The translations under genes and the position numbers were made by a program. The notes beneath the pieces were generated by a model that did not search any database, had not been told where the DNA came from, and worked only from the letters and a program-made list of their open reading frames with translations. A stretch of DNA of 56,706 bases from the IMG/VR virus record IMGVR_UViG_3300037783_000023, positions 1-56,706 of that record; one strand, 5' to 3'. Source of the DNA: a virus. Taxonomy: Duplodnaviria > Caudoviricetes. Positions within the stretch are counted from its first letter, which is position 1. The number at the start of each line of letters is the position of its first letter. Positions 8,384 through 16,872 of this stretch are shown one piece after another.

Positions 8384-9103
8384 TTAGCCTCCCATCTGGT
8401 CGATGTTGCCGCGATGAACGTCGACGCTGTAGGCCGCGACCCACGGGTTCTGATCCCATGCGTCGGGGCCGTTGATGCTGTCCCAGAGGGTGCGGAAGCC
8501 GCGCGCATACGCATCGGGATCAAGACCCGCCCAAGCATACATTCCGGCCATTCCTCCGCCGTAACGGTCGGGCCTTGCGCCCTCTGCCTTGGCATCCATT
8601 TCGCTGATCTCCTGCAACCGCTGCACCCGCACGTCCGTGACCATCAGTGTCAGGCGGGACGCCCAGCGGGGCATGTGGATAGAGGATCGGGTGCGGCCTA
8701 GCTCGATCAGTGTGCCCTTGTTGTCATCGGCCTCGTACCAGACGCCAATCGCGCTCTTTGCGCCTTCATCCTCTCCGATCTTAGTGGGTGACAGGTGGTT
8801 AAACTCGGACCTTACGCGCCACGTCTCCTTGACCCAAAGGCGATCACCGGGAGCGATGGGGATGCGCTGTGGGCAAACGTGTAGCGCGCCCGGTTCGATT
8901 TGGCGACTTTCGAACGTGGCCCCCAATTTGCCCTTTGCAGAGGGCTTTGCCATGTACCCAAGCGGTCCGACATTATGCAGCGACCACGCATCGGGGTTTT
9001 CGTTGACATCGGCCAGACCAGACGTGCGCCGGGTCTGGGTCTTAGTGCCGGCCAGCAAAGCGCGGATCATCGGGGCGGAAAAGAGGATGGGCTTGTCATT
9101 CAT
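8384..9103 (-). CDS. ASCH/PUA-like phage protein
   Basis: PILFSAPMIRALLAGTKTQTRR ... GDRLWVKETW ... SIHMPRWASR ... NPWV signature. Confidence 0.7.
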   Translation of the reverse strand: MNDKPILFSAPMIRALLAGTKTQTRRTSGLADVNENPDAWSLHNVGPLGYMAKPSAKGKLGATFESRQIEPGALHVCPQRIPIAPGDRLWVKETWRVRSEFNHLSPTKIGEDEGAKSAIGVWYEADDNKGTLIELGRTRSSIHMPRWASRLTLMVTDVRVQRLQEISEMDAKAEGARPDRYGGGMAGMYAWAGLDPDAYARGFRTLWDSINGPDAWDQNPWVAAYSVDVHRGNIDQMGG

Positions 9104-9104
9104 G

Positions 9105-9278
9105 TCAGGTGTCCTCGTTGCGATTAGTGCGCAAAACAGACGCGGCCAAAAGGGCGAGCGCTGCGCCTGTCGGGGGGTGGTGCGCAATGGTGGCGACCTG
9201 TCTGCGCTTTGGCGCGGTCGCCGTCTGCTTGGCCTTGCGGGCTTTGGTTCGGTTCTTCTGCGATGACTTGCGGGGCAT
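9105..9278 (-). CDS. Small basic hypothetical protein
   Basis: GGAGG RBS; TGATG overlap. Confidence 0.45.
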   Translation of the reverse strand: MPRKSSQKNRTKARKAKQTATAPKRRQVATIAHHPPTGAALALLAASVLRTNRNEDT

Positions 9279-9577
9279 CACGCCTCCCCCTCTGCGATAG
9301 CGCGGAGGGCGGTGCGGGCAATCTGACGGCACTCCTGCACAAGCGCTCCCGGCTTCCCGTCTGTCGTGTCAACAACTGCTTCCAGCGCAGCCCGCAAGGC
9401 ATCGCGTTCGGCGGCGAGGGCGTCGAGGGCTACATCATACACAAGAACATCACCGCGATCCGCCAATCGGGCTGCGACCTTGATCGCATCTTTAAGGCAG
9501 TTTTCTTTGTTGACCTTTATACCCTCAGCCATCAGTCTGCCGTTTCTGTATCTGTCAAATCGGTAAGGTGCGCTCAT
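9278..9577 (-). CDS. Hypothetical protein
   Basis: Coupled in early operon. Confidence 0.6.
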   Translation of the reverse strand: MSAPYRFDRYRNGRLMAEGIKVNKENCLKDAIKVAARLADRGDVLVYDVALDALAAERDALRAALEAVVDTTDGKPGALVQECRQIARTALRAIAEGEA

Positions 9578-9798
9578 TTAATCGTTCCCTTTCGTGTGTT
9601 CCATGTCTCCGATGCCGCGTCGTTACTCAGCATCCTGACTTGAGCGTGACCTTTCGGGCAGGCTATGATGCGGTATTGATACGGGTCGCCATGCAACTGA
9701 CAGTGCTTGATCTTGGACAGCATCCAGTGGGGCGATGCGCCGCAGAACGGACACGGCAGCAATTCGGGCTTCGGGCCGGAAAGTAGCGCGTCATCCAT
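9574..9798 (-). CDS. Lar-family restriction alleviation-like protein
   Basis: ELLPCPFCG ... ETWNTR signature; GGAG RBS. Confidence 0.65.
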   Translation of the reverse strand: MDDALLSGPKPELLPCPFCGASPHWMLSKIKHCQLHGDPYQYRIIACPKGHAQVRMLSNDAASETWNTRKGTIK

Positions 9799-10057
9799 CG
9801 CTCTGCTCCTTTGTGGCTTGGTAGGCGGCGAGGGCAATTCGCTGGTCCGCGACTTGGTCAATACCAATGGTGACGGATATTCCATTGGGCGCAGGCACAA
9901 ACGGCGTGCGGCGTATCAATCGCTCCATCTCGTCCGCCAGCGCGTCCGCCTTGGCGAGTTGCGCCTCAAGGGCTTCGATGCGGGTTAGTGCTTGCGGTAT
10001 CAAATGTCCGGGGTCGTACTCCCACCATTCCCTCATTCGCTCTTTAAGATCATCCAT
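9791..10057 (-). CDS. Hypothetical coiled-coil protein
   Basis: AAGGA RBS; MDDLKERM...IEALEAQL. Confidence 0.6.
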   Translation of the reverse strand: MDDLKERMREWWEYDPGHLIPQALTRIEALEAQLAKADALADEMERLIRRTPFVPAPNGISVTIGIDQVADQRIALAAYQATKEQSDG

Positions 10058-10086
10058 CACAAAATCCTTAGTTGTAGCGGGGCATG

Positions 10087-10509
10087 TCAGCTGTCCTCCG
10101 CGACCGCCCGCAGTGCGGCTTTGAGCGCGCTGCGGGCTTCCGATACCGTCGTCCAGTGCTCTGCGTCGTCTGAGGCATTGAGCACCCGGAACATGGCGTT
10201 CAGGGCGACCCGCCACACTTCGCCGTCGTCGATTATCTCGAGCAGGGTCACGGCCGCGCGCCGAGCCTCCCGCCTCTTGGCCGATGGGGCCGTTCGGACG
10301 CTGCGAAACATCGGGCCTCGGATCGCGGCCGCCTCCCGCAGCGCTTCCTCCCGCGCAGGCTCAAGGGCTGCGATGGCGGCGTCGGCTTTGGATAGTGCGA
10401 TCTCCTGACAGCACTTGAGGTATTCTTGGCAATCTTCGCAGTCGCAGTTTGCGGCTGTATCAAAGGCGTCAGGGTCGATAGCCCGCGCGACACGTTCCCG
10501 CTTATCCAT
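10087..10509 (-). CDS. Hypothetical protein
   Basis: ERVARAI...ADAAIAAL motif common in phage early genes. Confidence 0.6.
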   Translation of the reverse strand: MDKRERVARAIDPDAFDTAANCDCEDCQEYLKCCQEIALSKADAAIAALEPAREEALREAAAIRGPMFRSVRTAPSAKRREARRAAVTLLEIIDDGEVWRVALNAMFRVLNASDDAEHWTTVSEARSALKAALRAVAEDS

Positions 10510-10897
10510 CGGTCTTGTCCTTCGTGATGAGGGCGAGGATGGCGGAGGTATCTGCGGTGCCCACCCCGCTCAGCCGCTCAAATAGAGCGATCAGCTCCTC
10601 CTCTATCGCCTGTAGCGTGATGTCGCGTTCCTCGTGGCCGCGACACGGGCGGCATCCGCAGGTCCGCATCCGGTCGATCAAATCGAGCATCCACCGGCGC
10701 TCGTGGGCGAGCTGGCCGCGCGGCCGAATGACCGCCTCGTGGGTGGTCGCGCAGGTCGCGCAGAGCACCGCGATCCCGATGGCGGGGGTCTCCTCGCTAG
10801 GGTCCCACGTCGCGCAGTATGCGGGGTCCGAGATATTCGCGTCATAAAACGCCTTGCCACCGCAGCGGCCGCACTTTGCATAGTCAGCCATCGCCAT
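10502..10897 (-). CDS. Hypothetical zinc-binding protein
   Basis: CGRC, CATC, CGCRPC motifs; TGATG overlap. Confidence 0.6.
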   Translation of the reverse strand: MAMADYAKCGRCGGKAFYDANISDPAYCATWDPSEETPAIGIAVLCATCATTHEAVIRPRGQLAHERRWMLDLIDRMRTCGCRPCRGHEERDITLQAIEEELIALFERLSGVGTADTSAILALITKDKTDG

Positions 10898-11112
10898 CAC
10901 TTGCCGCCTTTCGCGCGATGCGCGGCCAGCGCCTCGCGCCCCTTGTCGGTGATCGCGGTAACGAAAAAACCGCACGGGACGAGGTATCCGGCGTCCAGCA
11001 AGCGGTGGAAAACATCATCCCGAACGCGGTTTGCCTTCCAGTTATGGGCTCTCCCGTCCTCCCATTTTGCGAGGGCGACCGCTTGCGGTTTCGTCAGATT
11101 GCGTGTCGTCAT
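10897..11112 (-). CDS. Small winged-helix-like hypothetical protein
   Basis: LTKPQ...LLDAGYL...ITDKGREAL. Confidence 0.55.
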   Translation of the reverse strand: MTTRNLTKPQAVALAKWEDGRAHNWKANRVRDDVFHRLLDAGYLVPCGFFVTAITDKGREALAAHRAKGGK

Positions 11113-11693
11113 GTCGTCTCTCCTTTCGCGCGGGCAATGGCGGCAATGGCGGCCGCCATTGCCAGCAACATCGGTTCCATAGAGTGGAGGCGGAAATCGT
11201 CGTGCTCTTTTGACAGGCGGACAGCTCGTCTTGCGACTGCGACCAGTTCCTCGAGCGCTTCGAGCAGATTTGGCGCGGCAGCGTCCGGCTCCTTGACCAG
11301 CTCCATCGTCCGCGGGAATACGGCTGCCAGCATCCTCCGCTTCTCGTCGTCCGTGAGCAGCTTGCTCGCGAGCAGCGAGTTCATCGTTTTGGGGTCAACA
11401 TACTCCGGCGCGACCAGAGGGGTCGTCACCGCCGGGGGGCCGTTTCTGGGGGTTTCGGCAGTCGGAAACGCGAAAACGACCTTGAATTTCCCATCGCCAA
11501 CAATCTCTGCACGGGGCTTGCCCGTGAAATGAGCGAGCCGGGCCGCGACTTTGACGTCTGGGTGATCCATGCAGGCGCGACGGACAAAGTCCGCCCTTTC
11601 GTCCGCCAGAGCCTTCTCGCGGTCTGAGATACTTTTGAATTCGGCCTTTTGATCGTCCGTCATGCGGATGAAGATCTCGATTTGGTGCGTCAT
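11109..11693 (-). CDS. Hypothetical protein with C-terminal AAAPxLLEAL phage motif
   Basis: AGGAG RBS; ATGA overlaps. Confidence 0.6.
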   Translation of the reverse strand: MTHQIEIFIRMTDDQKAEFKSISDREKALADERADFVRRACMDHPDVKVAARLAHFTGKPRAEIVGDGKFKVVFAFPTAETPRNGPPAVTTPLVAPEYVDPKTMNSLLASKLLTDDEKRRMLAAVFPRTMELVKEPDAAAPNLLEALEELVAVARRAVRLSKEHDDFRLHSMEPMLLAMAAAIAAIARAKGETT

Positions 11694-12103
11694 GCCTGTG
11701 CTCCTTTCTGCCGAGCCGCGAGCAGCGCGTCGGCGTATTGATAAGCATTGGTTGCCATATCCTCCGGGGTCGGGAGGCCTGCGTCCGGAGTGGCCCAAGC
11801 GCCGGCGACGATCCCGACCAGCACCCGGATCGCGATTTCATCGCGCAGCTCGGCGTCGTCGAGCGATGGCGGCTCGGATTGGCGCGGGCGGTCGGCGTGG
11901 GTCTCCGCCAGCTCGCGCAGCACCCGGTTCTGTGCCTCGGCAATCTCGCGCCACGTCTTGCCGCCCGCATTGCGCAGCGCGCGGACGTCGCCCTCGCGGA
12001 CGTCCAGCAGCTCTGCGGCCGAGGTCACGCCGAGCTGTCGCAGGGCAGCCATTGCTCGGATTGAGAGCTCAAGGTCGTCGGGCCACTTTTCAATTTTACT
12101 CAT
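11690..12103 (-). CDS. RNA polymerase alpha-CTD-like domain fused to an RD.xA...AY..ADA.. module
   Basis: DDLELSIRAMAALRQLGV...LRNAGGKTWREI aligns by eye with RpoA CTD (DDLELTVRSANCL...PNLGKKSLTEI); TCCACGGAGA RBS. Confidence 0.75.
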   Translation of the reverse strand: MSKIEKWPDDLELSIRAMAALRQLGVTSAAELLDVREGDVRALRNAGGKTWREIAEAQNRVLRELAETHADRPRQSEPPSLDDAELRDEIAIRVLVGIVAGAWATPDAGLPTPEDMATNAYQYADALLAARQKGAQA

Positions 12104-12165
12104 GTATCGTCTCCGTGGATTGGTGCGGGGCCGGAGCCCCGCGATTTCGTTCAGCTCGGGTGAGC

Positions 12166-12468
12166 TCAGTTCGTGCCGGCCTTCGCCCGGTAGCAGCCGG
12201 TCTCCCAAATCGCTCGATAGTCCTCGACTTCGCGCGCCTGATATTCCTCGGACGTGAAGCGGGGCCGCTCGTAGGCCATCAGCAGCATTTGGACGTAGCG
12301 CTCGCCGCGCGCTGCCATGTCGGGCATCAGCGTAGAGATTGCGGTTCCGGCCTGCCGCGCGACCATCACGGCTGCGGCGTCGTCACCGGCCTCGCGGCAC
12401 TCGTCTGCGGTGGCCGCGGTGCTGGCTGCGAGGGTCAGAACGGTGGCAATTGCGAACATCGTTTTCAT
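12166..12468 (-). CDS. Small secreted protein
   Basis: MKTMFAIATVLTLAASTAATA signal peptide; two Cys; AAGGA RBS. Confidence 0.7.
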   Translation of the reverse strand: MKTMFAIATVLTLAASTAATADECREAGDDAAAVMVARQAGTAISTLMPDMAARGERYVQMLLMAYERPRFTSEEYQAREVEDYRAIWETGCYRAKAGTN

Positions 12469-12535
12469 AGGGTCAGTCCTTTTGTTTGCGAGCTGTTGCT
12501 CAGGGGGTTTGTGGGGCGCAGGCCCCGCAACGGGC

Positions 12536-12745
12536 TCACGCCCATTGTTCGTCATTGGTCTGTTCTCGGTGGGCGCTGCGCGCCCGGCGGACATAGGGCC
12601 AGTCGTCGCCGAGCAGGAGCGCACGGTCGCGCAGGGCCTCGGATTGATAGTGGAAACCGAGCCACGACCACGTCACGTCGTCGGTCTCGCCCCGGCCGGA
12701 GAGGTGCAGGTATCGGCGCGTCTCCGGGTTCCAGAGGCGGTGCAT
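12536..12745 (-). CDS. Hypothetical protein
   Basis: GAGG RBS; could alternatively start at GTG 12784. Confidence 0.5.
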   Translation of the reverse strand: MHRLWNPETRRYLHLSGRGETDDVTWSWLGFHYQSEALRDRALLLGDDWPYVRRARSAHREQTNDEQWA

Positions 12746-12780
12746 CCGCGGGTCCTCTTTGCTGGTGAACGGCTTTAGCG

Positions 12781-13302
12781 TCACTCGCTGTCCTCCTGCT
12801 CTGGCGCGTGGCGCAGCATGTAGCTGGCCAGCAGTATTTTCTGGATTTCTGGCCAGTGCTCGCTCCCCTCGATCCACGGGACGAGGTGGTCGCGGACGTA
12901 GGCCATCGCGTCGTCCATGAATGCCGAGAATTCATCCCCGCTCATCGCCCCGAAACTGGTCGAGACCGGCCGCGCGATTATGGCGACCGCCCCCTCGGGG
13001 ACGTCGTGGCGCACGCGCTCCATGCGCGTCATGGGGCGGCTGCGTGTTCGGCCGGTGGCGACGACGAGGTCGTCTTTGACGCTCTCTGCTGTCCACGTCG
13101 CCCCCGCCGGGCCGCTATTAAGCGCCTCGGCGACGTAGGTAACAAACGCCCAAAAAAGGCGGTGCTGCTCAGGGCTGCGGGGGCGCTTCGGCTCGATCTT
13201 GTAGATCGACCCAAACTTGAGCTTCTCGATTGCGAGCTGGCCCGCCTTCGAGGTCGGGACCAGCACGTTCTCGATCCGCCGCACGAAGAACGGGTAGGCC
13301 AT
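12781..13302 (-). CDS. DUF1367/NinB(Orf)-like recombination accessory protein
   Basis: PRSPEQHRLFWA ... STSFGAMS..EFS motif; near ssb/recT. Confidence 0.65.
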   Translation of the reverse strand: MAYPFFVRRIENVLVPTSKAGQLAIEKLKFGSIYKIEPKRPRSPEQHRLFWAFVTYVAEALNSGPAGATWTAESVKDDLVVATGRTRSRPMTRMERVRHDVPEGAVAIIARPVSTSFGAMSGDEFSAFMDDAMAYVRDHLVPWIEGSEHWPEIQKILLASYMLRHAPEQEDSE

Positions 13303-13493
13303 CAGATCAGCTCCTTCTCACGAGCCACGCGCTCCGGCATCCGCGCAACGTAGACCCCGCCATAGGCGGTCGGGTTCAGCGTCACGGTGGAGAGGGGCAG
13401 CCAGACGGCTGCCTCCTTGATCCCGGTGTGAAGCAGCACCTCGGTCGCGGTGCGCTCCTCCACCGCGACGGTCACATCGACGAGCCTGCTCAT
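13302..13493 (-). CDS. Conserved small phage protein
   Basis: VWLPLS...[12 protein letters not shown] motif; coupled to ssb. Confidence 0.6.
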   Translation of the reverse strand: MSRLVDVTVAVEERTATEVLLHTGIKEAAVWLPLSTVTLNPTAYGGVYVARMPERVAREKELI

Positions 13494-13975
13494 GCGCGAC
13501 ACTCCGGTGCGAACGGGATTTCATCGTCAATGACGCCGCCCGGGCGGCCGCCGGAGCCGTAGCCCGAGCCACCGCCGGAGCTGCCCCCATATCCGCCGGA
13601 TGATCCGCCCCCGTCGCCGTCTCTGCGGCTGTCCAGCAGCGTCAGCGTCCCTCGGTAGGGCCGGAGGACCACTTCGGTCGTGTAACGGTCCTGACCGGAT
13701 TGGTCCTGCCACTTGCGCGTCTCAAGCTGGCCCTCGATGTAGACCTTCGAGCCCTTGGCGAGATACTGCTCAGCGATGTTGGCTAACGGCTCGGAGTGGA
13801 TGGCAACGCTGTGCCACTCGGTCCGCTCCTTGCGCTCGCCAGAATTGCGGTCCTTCCAGCTCTCGGACGTGGCGATCCGCAGGTTGCAGACCTTGCCCCC
13901 GTTCTGGAACGTGCGGACCTCCGGGTCGCGGCCGAGGTTGCCCACGATAATGACCTTGTTCACTGATCCAGCCAT
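13490..13975 (-). CDS. ssb: Single-stranded DNA-binding protein
   Basis: [21 protein letters not shown]...DDEIPF. Confidence 0.97.
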   Translation of the reverse strand: MAGSVNKVIIVGNLGRDPEVRTFQNGGKVCNLRIATSESWKDRNSGERKERTEWHSVAIHSEPLANIAEQYLAKGSKVYIEGQLETRKWQDQSGQDRYTTEVVLRPYRGTLTLLDSRRDGDGGGSSGGYGGSSGGGSGYGSGGRPGGVIDDEIPFAPECRA

Positions 13976-14212
13976 CTATTCGTCTCCCTGCGCTGTCGGT
14001 GTGGGGGTCGGGTGAACCAGCTCCATTGCGCGAGCGCGGCCCCTCATGCGGCGGATGGCCCCTCGCTCCTCCAGCTGCAGCAGGATGCGGTGGACGCCGG
14101 ATTTGCCCATGTTCAGCGCGTCGGCAATCTCGTCGAGCGATGGGGCGTACTCGTGTTTTTTGATGTAGCCCGCGATAAAATCGCGGGCCTCCATTTGCCG
14201 GGGCGTCAGCAT
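13976..14212 (-). CDS. Stand-alone LexA N-terminal DNA-binding domain (no peptidase domain)
   Basis: MLTPRQ...PSLDEIADALN..KSGVHRIL..LEERGAIRR...RARAMELV resembles alphaproteobacterial LexA N-terminus; 78 aa; TGATG overlap with recT. Confidence 0.85.
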   Translation of the reverse strand: MLTPRQMEARDFIAGYIKKHEYAPSLDEIADALNMGKSGVHRILLQLEERGAIRRMRGRARAMELVHPTPTPTAQGDE

Positions 14213-15417
14213 CACTGCCCCCCCTTCCCGGCGCTCTCGGCCGCCCGGTAGATTTTGGCCTGCGCCCCCTCGGGCAGCGTGGCGATCTGGTCGTCCCACA
14301 AAGCGAGGACCGCGTCGGCGGCATCCGGCGTGTCGCACTCGCCAATGTCCGACATGATCCGGTCGACTAAGCCGCTCGCCTCGTCAGCGTCGGGCTCAGC
14401 CGCTTGGGTGCTCTCCTGCTCCGGCTCCTGCTTCGGCTCCGCCTGTGCCTGTGCCTTTTCGCGCTCCGCAGGCTGCGCCGCCTCCTTCGCCTCGGATTGC
14501 TCCTTGGGGGCGCTGTCCTGCGGCGCCGACTGAGCGGCCTCTGCCGCCTGACCATCGTCCTCGGGTGTGACGTCGCTGGCGGCACCTTCGGCCTCTACGG
14601 CCTCCGCGTCGATGGTTTGACCGGCCTCGTCGTCCTCGGGTGTGACGTCGAGTTCCTGAGCGGGGTTCATGGCGAAATTGGCGAAATCTGCCTGCCCGCC
14701 ATCGACCGTGAGGGCGTCCCGGAATTCGACCGAGAGCGGGAGGTATTTCGCCAGCGCGCGGATGGCGGTTTTCTTCGCCATCTCGTCCTCATGGGTGTGC
14801 CACGGGGATTTCGCGGTCGATCCGAATTTGACGGCTGTCTGCCACCCCTGCGAGCCGTCGCGGATTTTGAGCACCTTCGACCAAGGCAGGACGACGTAGG
14901 CGTGCCCTCCGTCGCGGAATTTGGCGATGGCGTAGGCGTGCAATTTGTCGCCAGCCTGCGCGCCCGGGACGTGGCGCAGGCGCGCTTCGGTCCCCTCCTC
15001 GTATTCCCACACGTCGTCGTCCGAATAATGGACGTTCGCACTGATGGACGTGATGTGCCCGGACCGGCGCGCGAGGTCGATCAAGCCCTTGTAGCCGACG
15101 ACCAGCTGGACCTCCGTGATCTTCTTGCGATTGTTTTTGAAGGGGATCAGGTAGGCGTGGCCCATGATAGTGTTCGGCTCAAGCCCGAGCCCGGCGCAGG
15201 TCATGAGCCCCCCGAGGAGGCTCATGGGGTCGCACTCGGCGAGTTTCGGCGTCGTGCGCATGGCGTTCGCCATGAGGCGCATCATGCGCTCCGGCTTCAT
15301 GTGCGCAGCCGCGACCTGCTGCAGCTGCGCCTTGGCCTGCTCATTCCAGAGAAGCTCCTTCACGTTTGTGACCTGCGTGAGGGGCTTGGATTTGATCTTC
15401 TCGATGGCGGTGCTCAC
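14212..15417 (-). CDS. recT: RecT-family single-strand annealing protein with acidic C-terminal extension
   Basis: LGLEP...AYLIPF...GYKGLIDLARRSG...EMAKKTAIR. Confidence 0.9.
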   Translation of the reverse strand: MSTAIEKIKSKPLTQVTNVKELLWNEQAKAQLQQVAAAHMKPERMMRLMANAMRTTPKLAECDPMSLLGGLMTCAGLGLEPNTIMGHAYLIPFKNNRKKITEVQLVVGYKGLIDLARRSGHITSISANVHYSDDDVWEYEEGTEARLRHVPGAQAGDKLHAYAIAKFRDGGHAYVVLPWSKVLKIRDGSQGWQTAVKFGSTAKSPWHTHEDEMAKKTAIRALAKYLPLSVEFRDALTVDGGQADFANFAMNPAQELDVTPEDDEAGQTIDAEAVEAEGAASDVTPEDDGQAAEAAQSAPQDSAPKEQSEAKEAAQPAEREKAQAQAEPKQEPEQESTQAAEPDADEASGLVDRIMSDIGECDTPDAADAVLALWDDQIATLPEGAQAKIYRAAESAGKGGQ

Positions 15418-16166
15418 AGCTTCGGCTCCTCAATAATCTCGATGCCGGGGATGGTGATGTCCGCGCCCTTGGCGGCGCGAATATCGGCGTTCGCCAGCCG
15501 GGTGATGCAGTCGATCAGGTCGGGGTGCCCCCGGTAGTGCAGCATCGCCTGATTGATATTGGTGATCCGTGCGGAGCGGACCGTCCGCAGGCTGGTGCTC
15601 TTGGACCCGGTGCCTGTGGCGGAGCTGACCTTGAGCTTGCGCTCGGCTTCTGCGGCCTTTTGGGCGGCTGCGGCCTGCGCAGCCTTTTCCTCGGCCTCGA
15701 CCATCGCGGCCGCATTGGCATTGCGCTCGGCAATCTGGCGCTCGCGCTCGGCCTCCTCAGCGGCCTTGCGCGCCGCCTCCTGCTCCGCCCGGCGGCGCTC
15801 CTCGGCGATCTTCTCTTGCTCCTTGAGGTAGGCTTCCAACGGGGCCTTCGCGAGCCTGCCTGCCCTTTCGATCACTTCCGTGATGCGCTTGTAAGCGGCG
15901 TCGACCGCTCTGCCCGCATCAAGGTGGGGTTTTTTGTCCGCCGTCCGGCGCTCATCAATTTCTTTCAAGCGCTTGCGGGCCGCGTCCAAGAAATCCTTAA
16001 GTTCACCGGCCTTGGTCTCGGTCTCGATCTTGGCCTTGGCCCATTCGCCAGCTGCGTCAGCGATGCGCTCGGCCTCCGCCATCATGGCAGCCACCGCCTC
16101 CTCGTCATAGGCGGGCGGGCGATTGTGGCCGATTGCGGCGGCGGTGGTGGGGGTCGTCTCTGTCAT
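15414..16166 (-). CDS. Coiled-coil protein (Gam/Gp157-like context)
   Basis: IGHNRPP start, long EAAR coiled coil, IPGIEI end; coupled to recT. Confidence 0.6.
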   Translation of the reverse strand: MTETTPTTAAAIGHNRPPAYDEEAVAAMMAEAERIADAAGEWAKAKIETETKAGELKDFLDAARKRLKEIDERRTADKKPHLDAGRAVDAAYKRITEVIERAGRLAKAPLEAYLKEQEKIAEERRRAEQEAARKAAEEAERERQIAERNANAAAMVEAEEKAAQAAAAQKAAEAERKLKVSSATGTGSKSTSLRTVRSARITNINQAMLHYRGHPDLIDCITRLANADIRAAKGADITIPGIEIIEEPKL

Positions 16167-16180
16167 AAATTGCCTTTCGG

Positions 16181-16561
16181 TTAGGGTCGGATTTGATCGG
16201 CGCGCAGCCGGATCGGGGCGTGGGTCGCCGCCATTTCGGGATGGCGACGCTGTAGGTCTTTAAGTTCGAGGTATTCAGCCCGACTGATCGGGCGCTTGCA
16301 GACGGAGAGCCACGCCCGGCGGGGGTCGCGCGGCTCGCCGTTGATTTCGCAGACCATGCGCTCGTCGCAGGTCAGCTCCCCGTGCTCGTCCACCTCGCGG
16401 ACGATTGAGATTGAGGCGGGGACGAACGGGCCGCCTTTGACGAGCCGGGTTTTATACCAGCCGCAATGGGGCTCCCCCTCGTGGATGGGGACTGGCGCCC
16501 CGGCCAGCGCAGCACGATGCCACGCATACAGCCGGGAAACGGGGGTCGGCTGGCGGATCAT
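16181..16561 (-). CDS. Hypothetical protein
   Basis: GWYKTRLVKGGPFVP motif; coupled. Confidence 0.65.
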   Translation of the reverse strand: MIRQPTPVSRLYAWHRAALAGAPVPIHEGEPHCGWYKTRLVKGGPFVPASISIVREVDEHGELTCDERMVCEINGEPRDPRRAWLSVCKRPISRAEYLELKDLQRRHPEMAATHAPIRLRADQIRP

Positions 16562-16872
16562 TTTCCGCCCCCCTCAGCCGCGATCATGGCGTCGGCGACA
16601 GCGTAGCAGCCCTGAGCAAGCCTCTCCGGGGTCAGCTGATTTTCCGGGTGCGCGCTCAGAAGTGCTTGCATCGCCAATTCCGCAAGACGCTTGCGCTCCG
16701 CGGCCTTGCCGTTCTGCCGGGTCAATTCGCCTGAAAGGTAGAGCTTAAGCGCGTGGTTGATCTCAGTGCTCATCGACCGGCTGTTCTGATCGGCCGAAGC
16801 CGCCACCCGCTCCTTGAGCTCGGGCGCCATTCGCAGCCCATAGGGCGCGACCTGTTTGCTCTCCGCGCTCAT
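16558..16872 (-). CDS. Arc-family ribbon-helix-helix protein + C-terminal shared module
   Basis: YGLRMAPELKERV...NSRSMSTEI; C-term CYAVADAMIA. Confidence 0.8.
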   Translation of the reverse strand: MSAESKQVAPYGLRMAPELKERVAASADQNSRSMSTEINHALKLYLSGELTRQNGKAAERKRLAELAMQALLSAHPENQLTPERLAQGCYAVADAMIAAEGGGK

